Assembly (NCBI RefSeq): GCF_020745735.1
Contig: NC_083440.1
Coordinates: forward strand, 32,598,468 to 32,662,467
Origin: Hemiscyllium ocellatum
Taxonomy: Eukaryota
DNA: 64,000 nt
Direction: 5' to 3'
The notes under the pieces were generated by a model. It had not been told where the DNA came from. It was given only the letters and a program-made list of their open reading frames with translations, and made no database searches. Positions within the stretch are counted from its first letter, which is position 1, and every line of letters begins with the position of its first letter. Shown one piece after another: positions 62,040 through 64,000 of the stretch. The translations under genes and the position numbers were made by a program.

Positions 62040-62720
62040 TGTTACTTCTGCAATTATAATTACTTATGCAGTGTAAATGAACTCACACCAGTGTGTAATT
62101 GTTTCAACTAAGAGCTGAGTCAACAAGAATGGAAACGATGTGGAGGAAATACATAATTGTTTTTGCATTAGCTAAAATTGTATGCAAGAATGAAACGTGA
62201 CTGCAAAACAATGGTAGATATTACAGACGAATAGATAAGGTTCTGTGAGTATGTGGGTTAAGCCAGATATGCTTGCACAAGCAGTAGTTCTAAGCATCTG
62301 TTTGCCACTTTTACCGAAACACAGGAACAAACGCCAATTAAAAGGTCATAAGGATCAGTATGGTAGGGGAAGGCACAGATGGAGGGAGTAGATAATGGTG
62401 AAGAACGGATACTCCTAACAATGGGCCACAGCGGGATGAGGTCAAATGGCCTTGTGAGACCGGAAATAAGCATTTTGTCACAGACAAGGCCGGATAAGAC
62501 AAGAGATAAATAGGAGTAACGGGCGCCGGTCTTAGGGAAGTGGAAGATGTAAACGGGGAGGAGCAATGGGATAAAAAAAAGAAACCAGATTACATAAATA
62601 TCGTGTATTAGTTGAATTCAGTGTGTGTGTAGACAGTGGACATCACACCCTCTTGCAAGAGTAAAATAAAGGGCACTACTGATTCAGATTTTGCCTCGGA
62701 CTGAAATTATTGAAGTGTGC
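62040..62720 (-). repeat. Inverted paralog of 15985-16995 (without the SINE)
   Basis: Colinear reverse-complement similarity. Confidence 0.85.
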
Positions 62721-62960
62721 GAGCTTTGTTTCTCACAGTATTCTCTGCATTGCTGTGTAGTGTTTTCATGAGGAGTCTGTATGTTATCTTACTGTGACTG
62801 TCAGCCCACCAGCAATTTACTTTCATTTCCTTGTACTCTGAAGAAATCAAAATCATGGACACATATTGCATCAAACATACTTTTTCATGACCGCTTTAGA
62901 TTTGGAAGGCACGGTTTCCCATCTCCATCGCAGTATAGGCTGTCAGGTTTACCAGGCTTG

Positions 62961-63280
62961 CAGCACGGTGGCACAGTGGTTAGCACTGCTACCTTACAGC
63001 GCCAGAGACCCGGGATCAATTCCTGACTCAGGTGACTGACTGTGTGGAGTTTGCACATTCTCCCTGTGTCTGCGTGGGTTTCCTCCGGGTGCTCTGGTTT
63101 CCTCCCACAGTCCAAAGATGTGCGGGTCAGGTGAATTGGCCATGCTAAATTGCCCGTAGTATTAGGTAAAGGGGTAAATGTACGGGAATGGGTGGGTTAC
63201 GCTTCAGCGGGTCAGTGTGGACTTGTTGGGCCGGAGGGCCTGTTTCCACACTGTAAGTGATCTAATCTAATCTAATCTAA
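62961..63280 (+). mobile_element. tRNA-derived SINE (HE1-like)
   Basis: Head CAGCACGGTGGCACAGTGGTTAGCAC, tail (TCTAA)n. Confidence 0.92.
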
Positions 63281-64000
63281 TTGAACAGACAGGTTTAGTC
63301 ACTGAAATCAGAATTTGTCTCCATCTACAAGTGTGTGCCGCTGCTGGAATGGCTGAAAAATCTGGATTCAGTATTGCAGCTCTTATTCAGCTGCTTTTTC
63401 AAAACTGTTCACACTGCAGAAGGATGACTGCATGAGTTGGTGATTTTTTTGTCACATTTACATAACTAGTTTGCAAGAAAGCAGAGCACAGGTAGGGGAA
63501 GAGGCAGAGAATGTCGGGGATTTCCTTGCAGTATAGACGAGAGAGGTCAATCGGAGGTACCACTTTCAGGATATGACTGATGAAGGGGAAACATCTCACT
63601 GAAGAGATTTGGATATTTCAAAGCAATGGCTTTTCCAGCAACTCTGTTTTTCTTTCTGATTTACAACATTCTTTCAGGTTTTATTTGGATACTTTCTGTT
63701 GTTCTCATTAAATAAGAGCTTCATTCTGTATGAACAAAGCGAGCATTAGAGATGGAAAGTTGCTGCGATTGCTATGGTCTGGTCTGCAAAGGCGTTTGTT
63801 GCACTGCTGTCACATGCTTTCAAGAGGAAGTGCCTGAGCAATCGAAACAACAGCTCTCCAGCAATTTCCTTTCACGTTTTTGAAGTCTGAATCAAGGATC
63901 ATTTATACACAAACTGGAGCAAACTTATTTTCTGCAACTGTCCCTGGAGACATTAGATTTCCCGGTTCTTCACAGTGTAAGCAGCTGAAATTAGTCATGA

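Noticed and set aside
62258-62566. 102-aa minus ORF as a gene
   Set aside because: Frame not conserved in the paralog at ~16150-16410
41400-64000. Further Ig or TCR exons (IgW, second C region) downstream
   Set aside because: No Ig-domain Cys/Trp patterns, WGxG/FGxG motifs or RSSs found in the ORF track or sequence

Overview
Eukaryotic genomic DNA from a cartilaginous fish (shark; inferred from the IgM protein sequence, the cluster-type layout and the HE1-like SINE/CR1 repeats). The core is one complete multicluster-type IgM heavy-chain locus on the + strand, about 20.2-41.4 kb: TATA, leader, VH, D, JH, Cmu1-4 with secretory tail, TM1, TM2 and two polyA signals. The cluster is atypical in two ways. 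(i) VH is already fused to D sequence: no V 23-RSS remains, and a 12-RSS follows directly while JH keeps its 23-RSS, giving a VD(D)-J pre-joined configuration. (ii) VH has a 1-nt frameshift in FR2, while all constant/TM exons and splice sites are intact. The rest of the window is repeat-rich: CR1-type LINEs (two young), tRNA-derived SINEs, a Penelope-like element, a Gypsy fragment and several long inverted or tandem duplications. It also holds at least ten short elements carrying minimal type-I hammerhead ribozyme motifs (CTGANGA...GAAA), often in head-to-head pairs with 9-14 bp target-site duplications, i.e. retrozyme/Penelope-type non-autonomous elements. All alignments, identities and coordinates were read by eye; repeat boundaries are approximate.
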